This document shows positions 1 to 11,751 of a stretch of 64,000 nt of DNA, piece by piece (the stretch's first letter is position 1; every line of letters begins with the position of its first letter). Position numbers and translations under genes: made by a program. The stretch is from Eutreptiella sp. 'Long Island Sound 2002' (Eukaryota; Protista; Euglenida). Under the pieces are notes generated by a model. It did no database searches. It was given only the letters and a program-made list of their open reading frames with translations, and was not told the origin of the DNA. The stretch lies in NCBI GenBank assembly GCA_964036045.1, contig OZ038378.1:168392001-168456000 (forward strand). Reading direction: 5' to 3'.

Positions 1-567
1 CAATTCAATGGGCCCCAGGGGTGCTATGGCGATGTTTCGGATTTCAGTTGCAGACACGGTCTAGCACGTGAACGCTGATGGGGAGGGCGATGGGTTGCAT
101 TTCCCTTCAATTGTCACCTGCAATCCATACGCAGCAAGCAGGGGGGGGGGGGGGGGCAAAAGCGGCTTTTCTAGGCTGCCCATAAATTCTGAGCATTTCG
201 AGCAGACATACAGCGGGGCTGGTGAGGCGAAAATATCAACCTCAAGCAAGGAAACAAGAAAATCAGCTTGTGGCTCTGTCCCTGAAACGGTGGGAGACCA
301 ATGGTTGCATAATCCCTGCCGTACCAGGATCCCCAACGCTGGGAGGAGACCCTGAAGGGAACGGAGGGGAGCGAGCTTGGTGTAAGGGCTCCATCCCCCG
401 AATTCTTCCCTCCACAACTAGCACCATTTACAATCCCGGTGTCCTAGACAATAGAAACAATGCAACGGATCTGTCTTTTTTTTTTTGCTAGTCTCTGCTG
501 GGCATTACATCGAAAAAAGAGTGCATATCAGAGACAAGAACTCACAAATGAAGTTGGACAATATTAC

Positions 568-1908
568 CTTGGGGTGCACTGTGCGCATGCGTAGCGCCGA
601 AAACTTGGGGTGCGCAGGTGCGAAAAGTGCCATAAACACCACGGATGTTTCCATTAAGTGTAGGGATTGCCAAAGGGGGGATAGTAGGCTGTTGGGCACA
701 TTTCTAACGTAAGCGTTTACGGCGCCAGCACCGTAAATAGTCAAGAGTATCGGAGGGGAAGCAGTCAGGAAACAGGGATATTCGAACCCCTAGAGACTAC
801 GCCCCTCCTTGGATCCCTGTCTGACGGAGAAGGGCAGAGATGCACAAATTGGGAGGAACCTGCATAGTCCTCTTGTTGCATCATGCTGATATGGGGGTGA
901 ACTCAAAAGCTTTCCACACAAGCCTAACGGGACACATTAGTGAACACCACCAATGGGCACGGGGGGTCATTCTATAGTGGGTACACATTTACAGCGCCAG
1001 CGCCGTAAATGTTTATGGCGTTGGCGCCGTAAAATGAGAGGGGGTACTTTCTGATGATTATCGCAATAATGGGTTTTTGTGGCAGTGCCCTTCACCAGCA
1101 ACAGCCAGAAAATTTCCGGGTGCATCTAGACATGGTGACAAATGTTAAAACTGCAAACTGCACAAACTGCCATATACAGGGGTCATGAAAATATGGGGGT
1201 CATCTAAAAAGGTTTCCACACCAGCCTAAGAGGATCCAATAGTTGAAACTGTTAGGTTGTCTTTTTGGGGGTGAAACGGGCTGTAAGAGCCAAAAATTCT
1301 TCCAAGTGGGGAGCCCCCCAGTCTCATTGCAGTGCACCACCTTCCTGAATCTCTTGGTTCCGACGATTACTGTGACAATGGGGGTTTTGTGGCACTGCCT
1401 ATCATCAGCACCAATGACGCCGTAAACATTTTCGCAGAGAGACTTCAATGGATGCAGAATCTCTACACTGAAAATTACAAAGAGGTGATATTTTGATAGG
1501 CTGTTGGAACTGCAAAGATCAATATGTCCAAATAGACACAAGCCTTGCCCCTGGTTCGCAAATTAGATCTTGCACCTTTCCTTCTCTTTTTGGTTTCTTT
1601 TTCTACATTCCTCCGGGGCTGCCAATGAACCGTCGTACCATATCCGAACAAGGCCCAGGGTTTGACATATTGAACACGTTGCCAGAACTGTGTTTTTCAG
1701 GTAAATTTCGGTGTAGAGAAAATTGAAAATTTGACTGAGATTTGTCAATGTTTACGGCGCCGGGACCGTAAATTTTCCGTTGGTTCCCCATTGGTGATTG
1801 AGGGGGTTAAAACCCTCTCACACACATGTTTTTCAAAAGTGTGTATTTTTTATGACGCCCTAGGTTTGGGGCTTTACAGCTGTACCTGTGCGCGTAGTGC
1901 ACCCCAAG
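568..1908. mobile_element. Non-autonomous TIR DNA transposon with 5-bp target-site duplication
   Basis: Perfect 13-bp TIR CTTGGGGTGCACT (568-580) / AGTGCACCCCAAG (1896-1908), flanked on both sides by ATTAC (563-567, 1909-1913). Several internal imperfect palindromes of type TTTACGGCGCCAGCGCCGTAAA. No transposase ORF. Confidence 0.75.
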
Positions 1909-2628
1909 ATTACTTTTACTATGAAACTGCTCATCCCTCATTTCCTCATTCCAACCATCACTCAACCCATCATTTGCTCATTCCCTCATTGCCCAAGACC
2001 CTGCACCACCACACCCCTGAAGCACGTCAAACTTGAATTAACTCACATCTGCAATGTGATTCTCGACGGCGCACCCCAGCCCTACGTTGTGCGCTGCATG
2101 AGGCGCATTAGAATTTGCAGTTCTGAGACCCAATCCGAACATGAATTTGCCACGGCGAATGCCAGGCACAAAAAGTGGTGCCGGTGCCGAAGGCATAAGA
2201 CCGCCCTGAATGGAAGCCTTCCAAACGAAGCAGGATGGATAATTGCAAGGGGGAATTGCATGCGGCTGTAGCCTGTAGGCCTGCACCGACCCCGCTGTCC
2301 AGCCACCTGTCCGCCTCTACAGCCCACAGGCCACACACAGGAGCGCACCTGCATTCAGACTATAATTTGGGGGAACACAGCATTCCACAAAGAAGTTGTG
2401 TTGTGCGCCTCATGGCTCTTTATGAAAGGTTCAAGCCACAGGCTTTTGGGCGGGTAGGGGGGGGGCGGGGTATGATTACAGGTGCGCAGGCACGGTTCCA
2501 GGGAGAAGGCGCGTCATATGCAATAGTCAGCCTACTGCAAAATTGCAATGCCGTTTCATGCGCAACCCACCCAGGCATTCCCTTCCAATCGCCATGGCCA
2601 GAGCAGCCAGTCTCTGTGTTGTGTGCAG

Positions 2629-2793
2629 GCGAAGAGATCGATTTTGGAAGAGGCACACCAAACCATTTGGAACCAGATGGACCGTTGGTTCACAAGGTTG
2701 GCCGAGTTTGCAGAGCAAATCAAAGACCCCTTGAAGCGCAAGGCGTACGACCATTCATATGTTACTCCGTACCAACTGGAACGTCTTGAGATG
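2629..2793 (+). CDS. Internal exon of an unknown alpha-helical protein (gene 1): AKRSILEEAHQTIWNQMDRWFTRLAEFAEQIKDPLKRKAYDHSYVTPYQLERLEM
   Basis: Acceptor tgtgtgcAG at 2627-28 and donor GTtcgt at 2794. Phase 0/0, open, protein-like. Joins in frame to the exon at 6857. Confidence 0.55.
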
Positions 2794-2941
2794 GTTCGTT
2801 GCTGCTCCGTACCACCCCTAGCCCTGCTTTTGACGCTGACCCACAAGAGATAGAGGGGGCAAAGAAGCTTGGGAAGGAAGGATCCGCTGGTCAGAAGCGC
2901 GGGTTTGGCTTTTTTTTTCATTGTAGCTGTGGTTTTGCCAT

Positions 2942-3006
2942 GGGTGTGTGTGTGCGTGTGTGCGTGTGCGTGCGTGCATGCGTGTGTGTGCGTGTGCGTG
3001 TGCGCG

Positions 3007-3050
<44 letters not shown>
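2942..3050. repeat. (GT)n / (GCGT)n microsatellite
   Basis: Directly visible dinucleotide run. Confidence 0.95.
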
Positions 3051-3051
<1 letters not shown>

Positions 3052-3671
3052 TGTCATGTTGTCTCGGCTGTTTTCTTTCACTTCGAGAGTCCGCGAGGAT
3101 GTGCATTGCTGAATGTTTGCCCAATTGGTGGCATGTGCCCCGCTTTGCGAGGAAGTCACTGAGTCACAGAGGGCTCCTAGGGTCAGGCCATCAACAATGG
3201 TTGCTAAGGCATGTGAAGGCACAGAGTAAAGTTGTTCAAACAAGTCCCCATGAACACCACTAGTGGTGGCACGATTCCCTCTTCAAATTGAGAACTGGGG
3301 CGTAGGAGGGTGGTAGGTGGTCCCCATGCAGTTCATGTGATGGGGCCTTTGAAGAATAGGTAGGCCAATTACGATGGGGCCGCTGCCGTCCTACTTGTTC
3401 TGCCAGCCTAAGTTTCATGGTAACCTCCACACAAAAGGCGAATCCAAATAGCACCATTAAGGCGAAGGCTGCTGGGGTTTATGGGTGTGAAGGATGGTGA
3501 AGTTTTTTCATTGATTGTTAGCTCTAGGTTCTCATGGCATGTCCTCCCCCAGGGGGTTGTGAGGTCGACCACATTCCGATTTCCTATTGCCTTTCGTTGG
3601 TTGCTGTTCTTTCCTGGAGGCTTCTGGATGTTTGCTGTGCTTTTAAGGGGGCTTCTAGATGCCTGCTGGTG

Positions 3672-5387
3672 CAACCATCCCCCGAAATCGGCGGCCGAAT
3701 CCAGCCGACCTCAGCGATTTATTCTGCTGATTTGTTGGGTTTCTGAATTTCGCCGATTTGTTCTGCCGATTCATTTGGTTTTTGTGATTTTGCCGATTCG
3801 TTCTTGTCGACTTGTTGGGGCTTCTGGGATTCTAGGTCACCTGATTTGGAGGTGTCAACCGAAGATGTGCATCATTTACTTTGGGACGCTGGGTAATACC
3901 TTTTCTTTCTATATTGGTTGTTCAGATTGGCACCATGAAGTGTTTTTACTGCCCATAGAAAGACGCATCTCTGGTCCCCTGGGATTCATTGTCCCCCAGT
4001 GATCAAAATTTTCTGCGGGACAAGTACCCTGATGCTAGTCAGGGGGCAGTTTGCAACTTATGTGTTCGCTCTGCACGCCCCAGTGTGTTCTTCAGCCGCC
4101 ATTCTTCAACCACCTCATCATCAGCCCCCCAGTCAATGGATTCTGGGCTGCAGATGCCTTTGGCTCCTCGAGTTGGGCCTGGTGCAGCCACGTCTTTGGC
4201 CACAGAGTCAGTAGAATCTGGGATTGTGGAGCTTTCAGCGTCTGTTGCAGAGTCTTCTCCTGCTGCACGGGGTCTGCCACATGCCACAGGGTCTGCAACA
4301 GACCCACCTAGCACATCCAAATCAGATGGTCAGAAGGTACGCGCAAAACCTTCGCAACCGGACACTTTGAAGAAGGCCAAACAGCCCCGTGTGCTGAAAA
4401 AAGTTGCAGTTGCACAGAGGGTTGAAAAGTACGGTCAGCAACAACGGTAGGCTGTACTGCAAGCCATGTGGACAAAAGATGGATGAGACACGGCAGGACT
4501 CACTGACAAAGCGCGTTACCTCAAGCATTCATGATGTTGCGTGCGCTAGACATATTCGTGCTGGTGCAAAATTTGTGCTTGCTGCAAGATATGAGCAACG
4601 AGAGGAAAGGCGCAAGGTAAAGGAGCCAAGGAACGTGTAGACAAAAAGAGGAAACACGAGTATGTAACATAAAAATGGGGTAAAGACAGAGACAAAAAAA
4701 TAAGGAGGAGGTTGTGGAGTTACAACGGGGTAAACATAGGGCTTTCCAGGAGGACGAGCCGGTTTCCCTTCCTGTGGACTTGGCATCAAAGCCATCATGG
4801 CAAACCATTTTGGAATTGAAGGAGAATCGCGAGACCTCCCGGAAGATTTGGTGTATTCCCTCATGGAAGGTGGGCGACCCTTGACGGTCGTTGAGGACTT
4901 TCGTCTAATTTTCAGGTCGTATACCCCAGTCGGTGGTCACATTTGCGGAACCAATCAGGCTGAAGACTATTACCGCCCAACCATCATTTGCAAACAACGA
5001 GCTGCGGCTTTGCGTCTTTGCGACGATGTGGTGCGCGGTGGCTGCCTGGGAGTTGTTTTCGATGAGACCACCGATTGCTGCGATTGTCATCCGATGAACA
5101 TTATTGTGCACACCCCTGAGCGTGTTTGCATTCATTGGTCGCAAGGAGGCAATCAACAGCTTGGCATTTGCTAGGGCTGTCATGGAAGCATGGGAGCAAC
5201 TGGGCTTGCCGCGGGGCCGTGTAGGAGTGGCTCTAGTTGACAATGTTGGGTGCTGTAGGAAGGCATTTCAAGACCATTTGGAAGCCTTTTTTGGCAACGC
5301 ATGGTTGCGCACATGCTGGGCTCATTTTGCTAATAGGTTTGCCGATTTGTTGGGATTTCTTCGCCGATTTGGGGGGAGGGGGGGTTG
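3672..5387 (+). mobile_element. Internally deleted hAT-superfamily (CGGBP-like) DNA transposon with 6-bp TSD, inside an intron of gene 1
   Basis: Imperfect TIRs CAACCATCCCCCGAAATCGGCG (3672) / CGCCGATTTGGGGGGAGGGGGGGTTG (ends 5387). CTGGTG is duplicated at 3666-3671 and 5388-5393. GCCGATT motifs are repeated subterminally. Confidence 0.75.
3989..5340 (+). pseudogene. Frameshifted, 3'-truncated hAT transposase with CGGBP1-type zinc finger
   Basis: Fragments in successive frames: RVEKYG..NNGRLYCKPCGQKMDETRQDSLTKRVTSSIH (CGGBP/BED-like finger), DLVYSLMEGGRPL...LGVVFDETTD (first catalytic Asp motif), VDNVGCCRKAF (second Asp), LRTCWAHFAN (hAT CxxH). The C-terminal Glu/dimerisation region is missing. 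Confidence 0.75.
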
Positions 5388-6856
5388 CTGGTGGTTCACA
5401 CAACATTGAGAACACAACGCGCCGAAGGCGCCGGAGAAAACTGTTTCCTTACCTTTTGTGCATTCAAGCACAACGTTGGCTACGGCCCTTAAAATACCAC
5501 AAAGTGTGCCAAATTTTGCCTGTTCCACGTCCCCCCCCCTCCCAGTACAACTTGTATTGTTGGCCGTAGGGTTCTTGGTTTTTGTTTGGTGAGGCAAACG
5601 GGTTTAGTTCCAGCGGAAGCCCCCACCAGGAACACACCTCAAGGGGGCTGCTTTGACAACAACCACCCATGCACGGTCTATGCTTGTTGTGCCACAATCT
5701 GGGAATTTTGTACCAAAATTTTCCGTAGTATTTAAGAATTGGTGCCAAATTTGCCCCGCACCAAATTTCGCCATTCCAAATTTTGCACGTGCCACCCCCC
5801 GGTACAACAGCCCAAGGCAACCCTGCCTTGTACGGGAGATGCTTGAGGATAGTGTGTACAACCGAGCCATACACATGTTGAAAATTGTCAACAACCGGCA
5901 AGAACCGCAATTTTAAATGGCAGATGTAGTCATGCAAGACCCATAGAAGATCTCCCATGCAAGAGTGTACAAGCACAATTTGCGTGCATGGCAAGATGCC
6001 AAACTATGCTAAGGCAAAAAGAGGCGCATCTCGATCAGTGATGTAGCCGCCGATGATTTTTCAATTAGTAGTGAAATCGAGAAGTGCAGCGGTGCACCAC
6101 AAGAATGGGGTAGATGCCTCGCCCGGAACTGGTCCAAGCCAATGGCAGCCTGCACCTCCGGAGTTACCAAAAGGCTGATAACATATGTTGGCGCACAATG
6201 AACAACACTTGGTACCACATCTGGCGGCTGAGGGGGGCCAAAATCCGTTGTGGCCGCTGGGCTGCCTAAGTAATGACGAAATCTGTGCACCTTGATGGGT
6301 AATACTTGGTGATCTGGATCCCCATGCCCTGTTTTACGTTTCCCACATCAGTGGCCCAAACCTCACCGTCAAGAGAATTACTGGACGTGACTGAATGCCA
6401 GTGCTGCCATGAGAGGACAACAAGGGGTAGAAGCAGCATTTGTGAGCAGAGGGGCAACTGTCCCACTCTCACCAACGAAAAATACTTTTCCCTGGTGGCT
6501 TGGGACAGGGCAGGCAGGGTGTGTGTGTGTGAAACAGGTTTTGAAGCCTCCCAACATTTGTGCAAAGATGTGGGAGCCACAAGTGAACAAGACAAGGCGA
6601 AATTTCCCTGCTTCGGTGGAACATTTCATTGGAAAACAAGTCCCGCAGTACACCGTGCCACCTACTTCCGCTGGGTGGAACCGATCCAATTTCCAATTGC
6701 TCAAAAAAAGTCTTGACAAGCCACAACTCTTGACAAGCAATCTAGCTGCTGATGGAATGCAAGCAATGCGCTACCAATCACTGTATTTCATCTGTATGTG
6801 TTGTGTGAGTCTGCGCGCGCGCGTTTGACTCCCTTATTTGGCTGTATTCATCTCAG

Positions 6857-7009
6857 AGCACTCGAGAAGATCTCAGCGCCACTGAGCTGTTTGCCCGCCA
6901 AAAGCTGCGCAGTGATTTCCGGGAGCGGCTGCAGCTGCTGAAGGATATGGGGCAGAGAGCAGAGAAGGCGCTCAAAGCCAGCAGCATCCGTTTCGAAGGA
7001 ATGGAGGCG
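6857..7009 (+). CDS. Internal exon of gene 1: STREDLSATELFARQKLRSDFRERLQLLKDMGQRAEKALKASSIRFEGMEA
   Basis: Acceptor catctcAG at 6855-56 and donor GTatgt at 7010. Phase 0/0, G/C-ending codons, helical sequence. Confidence 0.7.
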
Positions 7010-7516
7010 GTATGTCTGTGTGGCAGTGTGTGGAGCTGGTCCTTTTAATTCCGCACTTTGACGGCATTGGGGTCTCCCTCTGCTCATCTCTTGATACGGA
7101 CACCACGTTCACGCCTGACTCGACACTGTATTCATCTGTCACCCATTCAGCAATTGCATCCAGTCACACGCTGGTTTGTATGGCTGTGCTTGCGACCTGT
7201 TGAGATTCAAAAGGGGCAGGGTCGAGGAGGGGGCCTCTTATTGACTCTGGGAACATCCCCTTGTTCTGTCCGCATCCCCTGTTGCGCGGTGACTGCATAC
7301 TGCTTTGGAAAACAGCAGCGACGCGATCGGCATTGGATTGTTGTGTGTGTGCGTCTGAGTATTGTTGGCAAATGTGTGACTCGGTAGCAGCAGCCAGAAT
7401 GTAGAATTGCACTAAGCGCCTCAGACCACACATGGAGGAGAGCGACACGTGACGCAAAGTTGCAACGACGGGGCTAAATGCCCGACGACTGCAAGGCAGG
7501 GGCACACTTGGTGATC

Positions 7517-7832
7517 TGGGCTGGAAAGTCTGGGGCTGGAGAGCCTGGGGCTCCAAAGTCTGAGGCTGGAGAGTTTCGGGCTGGCCACTCCACGGCTGCA
7601 AAGTATGGGGCTGGTCAGTTGTGGGCTGGAGTCTGGGGCTAGACAGTCTGGGGCATGAGAGTCTGGGGCTGGAAGGTCTGGGGCTGGAGAGCTTGGGGCC
7701 GGAGAGTCTGGGGCTGGATAGTCTGGGGCTGGAAAGTCTTGGGCTCAAAATTTTGGGGCTGCAGAGTCTGGGGCCGGAAACTCTGGAGCTGGAAAGTCTG
7801 GGGCTGGAGAGCCTGGGGCTGGAAAGTCTGGA
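7517..7832. repeat. 15-bp minisatellite (consensus CTGGGGCTGGAAAGT), about 20 degenerate units, intronic
   Basis: Visible tandem units. They produce spurious LGLES / SSPRL repeat ORFs. Confidence 0.9.
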
Positions 7833-8190
7833 GCTGCACAGTATTCATGGAACCACCGCCCCCTTGGAGGTTGAGATTGAGAGGATCCGGATGTGAACAA
7901 CACCCACACAACATCATTTTGGTTCCGAATGAGAAGGACGTGCCTACTTGGTGCCACAAACCACTTTTTCGCAGAGTCAGTGAAGCACTCAGTGCACAGC
8001 GGTACCACAGAGACCTAAATGCCACCTGTGCCGCAGGGCAGCCTTCACCCCAAGCAAGCGGGCGTGTGCCAAAAGCTCCGCTTTCCCGTAGGACTGCAGC
8101 TTTCTAGTCGTAGAGCACAGTGAAACATCGAAAGTCAGGGTGGCGAGAGGGAGGCACAAGGGACGCCCAATATTTGCATTTCGTCTGCAG

Positions 8191-8331
8191 GCGGTCCGGA
8201 AAGTGATCGCTGGTGAACAGAATGCGCTGTTCGAGCACATGTATGACCACCACCAAACGATGACCTTGATCCTGAACGAGCTCAAGCGGGTCAATCATGA
8301 GCAGCACGTGGCTCGCTACTATCGCCACTGA
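8191..8331 (+). CDS. Terminal exon of gene 1: AVRKVIAGEQNALFEHMYDHHQTMTLILNELKRVNHEQHVARYYRH*
   Basis: Acceptor ttcgtctgcAG at 8189-90, phase 0. Strong G/C third positions. Stop TGA at 8329-8331. Confidence 0.7.
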   Translation, partial: AVRKVIAGEQNALFEHMYDHHQTMTLILNELKRVNHEQHVARYYRH

Positions 8332-8406
8332 CAGATTGCAGGAGGCACACAGTGTGGGACATTGATGGAGTGTACGGGATGTGGATGCCCAAGCAAGCCT
8401 CAGAGA

Positions 8407-8554
8407 GGCAACACATTTAGCCCGAACCGCAAGGAGGTTCTGGTCAAGGCGAGAGGCAATTCTGGGGGAGATCAGTGCCGCCGCTTGGCCGGGACCTCTG
8501 AAGTCTCAAGCCCTGACTCATCTATTATTCCGTTGACCCAGGCTGACCTCCCTC
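8407..8554 (-). repeat. Dispersed ~150-bp repeat; inverted homologue at 58019-58166
   Basis: The reverse complement of 8407-8554 aligns colinearly with 58019-58166 (gtcagcctgggtcaacggaataat...gggctaa.tgtgttgcc). Confidence 0.85.
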
Positions 8555-8860
8555 CCTCATGTCCCTCTGTCGCAGCGCATTTCACAGGCCGCCGTCCTTT
8601 GGTGGCCGACCACCTCCCGTCGCCTTCTCTTCCTTCTGCTGACTGCCAGGGGCGATGGGGCGTTTCTATCGTCTTGCACTGCCGACAGCTGGGGCGCGCC
8701 GAATCCTGCCCACGCTGGTCCTTAGGTACGCAGTCCGGTGTCATGAAATCATTTTTGGTCGAAATTCCGGAAATGGGCTGCACTGCATCCCCCAGGCGTG
8801 TCCGCACACCGGTCCTTAAGGGGAAGGGGGTATCATGTGAAGGAGGTCCGGGGCCAATAC

Positions 8861-9832
8861 CAGGGGGAGGGGGATTTCCGTGGGAGGACAATTTCGTGGG
8901 AAAATCCGTCTTTAAGGAAGGTGGCGAAATTTTCCCCTGGCGAAATTTAGGGGTGTCGGCGGGCGCTGGGGCGCATGCCCGGGGGCCAGCCCGCCTACCC
9001 GCCCAGGGCAGCCTGGGGAGAGTGGGGGGCGTTCATGGCCCTGGTGAGCCCTGCTGAGTGCTGCTGGGAGGATGGTGCGCCCCCCGTGGCGGAGCCCCGG
9101 GGGTAGGGGGGGTCGGCGGACGTAACCGATTACCAACCACGAAAACCTAGAAATAGTTACAAACATACATTGTGGTGTTTCCTTTCCTTTTGTCGCTTGG
9201 CCCGCTCTCGCCGCGCCACGGTGGCCGTCCGCGGCCGAGGCGCGGGAATCACTCGCCCTTGCACAGTGCCGCTCTACGCCGCCTACAGCCTGTGGCACGG
9301 CCTGCGCTGGGGACTGCCCGTGTATCGTGCCCCATTCTGCCCCCCAGTGACTAGCAATTCACAATAGAAGAAGTGAGGAGTGCCTGTGGGCCTCAGTTTT
9401 GATGTCTAACAATGCTTTCCCTGTGTTTCTGCATTGTACTGTTGTGCTCATGTGTGGTTTTGGATCGAAAAGAAGCAATTTTATCACTGGACTGATGGGC
9501 AAACTAAAAACCTGGATTTGAATTTTGCATTGTTGAGTCTAGAAACCTGTGTACATACCACTAGGCTACTGTGCCAATCTGCTCAACTGCTGCTCATGGG
9601 TAGTATAGATTCCAAGAAGCAGATTTTTTGTATAAAAATGTGACATACTTTGGGTCTCCAAAGGGCTACTGTGTAACGTCAACTGCTGCTAGCTCTGTGT
9701 ACAGCATTGACTTGCATGTTAGGGTGTGCATGAGGCAGTTGGAGCTTCGGGATTCCCACAGGGTGGCGAAATTTCCCCCCACGAAATTTTCCGCGGCGAA
9801 ATAGCCCCCGTACAAAATTCCCTACCCCCCTG
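8861..9832. mobile_element. Possible non-autonomous DNA transposon (CAGGGGG termini, GGCGAAATTT subterminal repeats)
   Basis: CAGGGGGAGGGGGATTT at 8861 and AAATTCCCTACCCCCCTG ending at 9832. Clusters of GGCGAAATTT/ACGAAATTTT lie near both ends. No TSD found. Confidence 0.35.
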
Positions 9833-11751
9833 TAAAGGTCCAAGTCGGCATTTTGCAGTGTCGGACGCAGGGCTAAGGAGTGGCGTTCCCGACTCCTAAA
9901 ACCCCCCCCCCCCCAACAAACTGCCACCAACCGCAAAAAGCAGAGAAATCAAAGGCAGAAGCACCGACGCCAATTTCAATCAGATGCAATCAGAAAAGAA
10001 ATGGTCAGCGAGAGGGTATCTTACTCAAGCACCAGATGGGTTACCCGTCCACTCGGTCGGGGATGTTAGGGCAACCGTTAGGCTTGTCAGCCTCCCGCGG
10101 CTCAGCGCCCATGATACGTTGGCGATGAGCCTACAGGTGTTTGGGATCGGAGACCCTTTGGCACGTTGCAGGATCTGCGCAGCCAACAGAGCATGAGGGA
10201 GGACCGGAACCTCTGAATTGCTTGAAGTCCAGGTTTCAATTGGTTAGGCGTTGAGGCGGGGATTCGGGACGGCCCGACATCTCCTCATAGAAAAGCCGGT
10301 GCTGCACGCAGCCCTCCAACCCCTCTACTCTGATCCCCTCCCATGCAATTCCATGCAATCCAATCATTCCGCTTCTGTTCCATCCAATCCGCCGCAACCC
10401 CATTCCCTGCAATACAATTCGATCCCAGTTTCCCATTTTCTTCAAGTCCCTAGCCTCAGAAGTATCAGGTGGCGGTCACTTTCAAATCCCTCCCTCCGCT
10501 GACTGATGCCTGACCCACATCTTTTTGAGCTGTGCCAGCAAAGGGCTGCCAAGCATCCACCACTGTCGGCCTGACCCGGAAAGGGGGGCCTACCCTGCTC
10601 CTTACATACCAGCCTTTCCCATCCTTTTCCATATCCAACTCACGCCCGCCACACAGCTCTGTAGCATGTTTCTAGTTCCCCCATCCGTCCATCGCAATGT
10701 CGCTGCCGCACTCCCTCCCTTTCTTCTTCAGCCTCCCTTGTACAAAATCACAATGCAAAACGTCCTGCAAGGGGTCAGGCCTCTTGATTTTTCTCTGGGG
10801 GCCTTCTCGTGCTTCGGGTTTGATTCCTTTCAGAGGCCCTTTGGCTTCAAAGAATCTTTGTCTTTGATGTTCTTGGCATCGAAACAGTCTGAGAAAGAGA
10901 ATCGTATTTTTGAGCAACAATGGCATGCCAGCGGGTACACAGCACGCAGACACAGTCATTACATGCATGCATCAGCAGCACAGCAGCACAGTGACGGTAG
11001 AATTTCCGGATTCAGTGGCGTTTCATCGCGATTCTGACCGTTCTGGGATAATCCGAGGCCGTAGGAGGCACTTCGGAATGTTCGTGTCCAAAAGTAGGCA
11101 GAATGGAGCAGTTGAGGTGGCCTGATCCACACCAACGATGACAAAGAGATGATTTCAGCCACGTGGCGCGGCGGTTTTGCCTTCATTTTGCACTGCGACC
11201 ACAGTGCATGGTTTGCCTTTGCACCGGGTGTAAGGCGTTGTGCATTTTGCTGTGCAGGGTCAGCGGGGGGGAGGGAGCTTGAACAGACTTATTGCCGGTG
11301 GGGTGTGCTTTTGCTCTGAGAGTTGCTCCGCTCGGTTCTGCCCCGTGGGCTATGCCCCCCTTCCACAGGATAGCTCCCGCCACCCGGCTGCCAGGGGCAT
11401 GTGGTCTTGCTGTGGTTTGTGGATGGGTTAGTGTGGGCGCACGGGGCAATGGTTGTGTGGAACATGGGCATCCTCGTTGCTTTCCGGAAAGTCGCAATTT
11501 CGGCCCACAAACATGTTATGTGCTTTCTGCGCCGACTGGCAGCCCGCTGCATTGTGCGAACCACCCCATGTAGTGGCATCTGTGTGCACGGGGCGTTTAG
11601 CAAGTGCCAAGATAAAGGACATTTCTGCTATGGCTGGGAGTGTCGTTCGCACATAGATCCACAGGTGTCGGCCATGTCTGCACAAACGCATTGCTGTATC
11701 CTGCTGGTTGTTGGGTGTTCACCATTCTACCTTTAAAGAAGGTGTTCGATG

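Noticed and set aside
1888-2271. Tc1/pogo transposase DDE fragment (VILDGAP)
   Set aside because: A single short motif with no other transposase features. It could equally be an upstream exon of gene 1.
7164-8107. SSPRL / LGLES / WGWK repeat proteins
   Set aside because: These are translations of a 15-bp intronic minisatellite.
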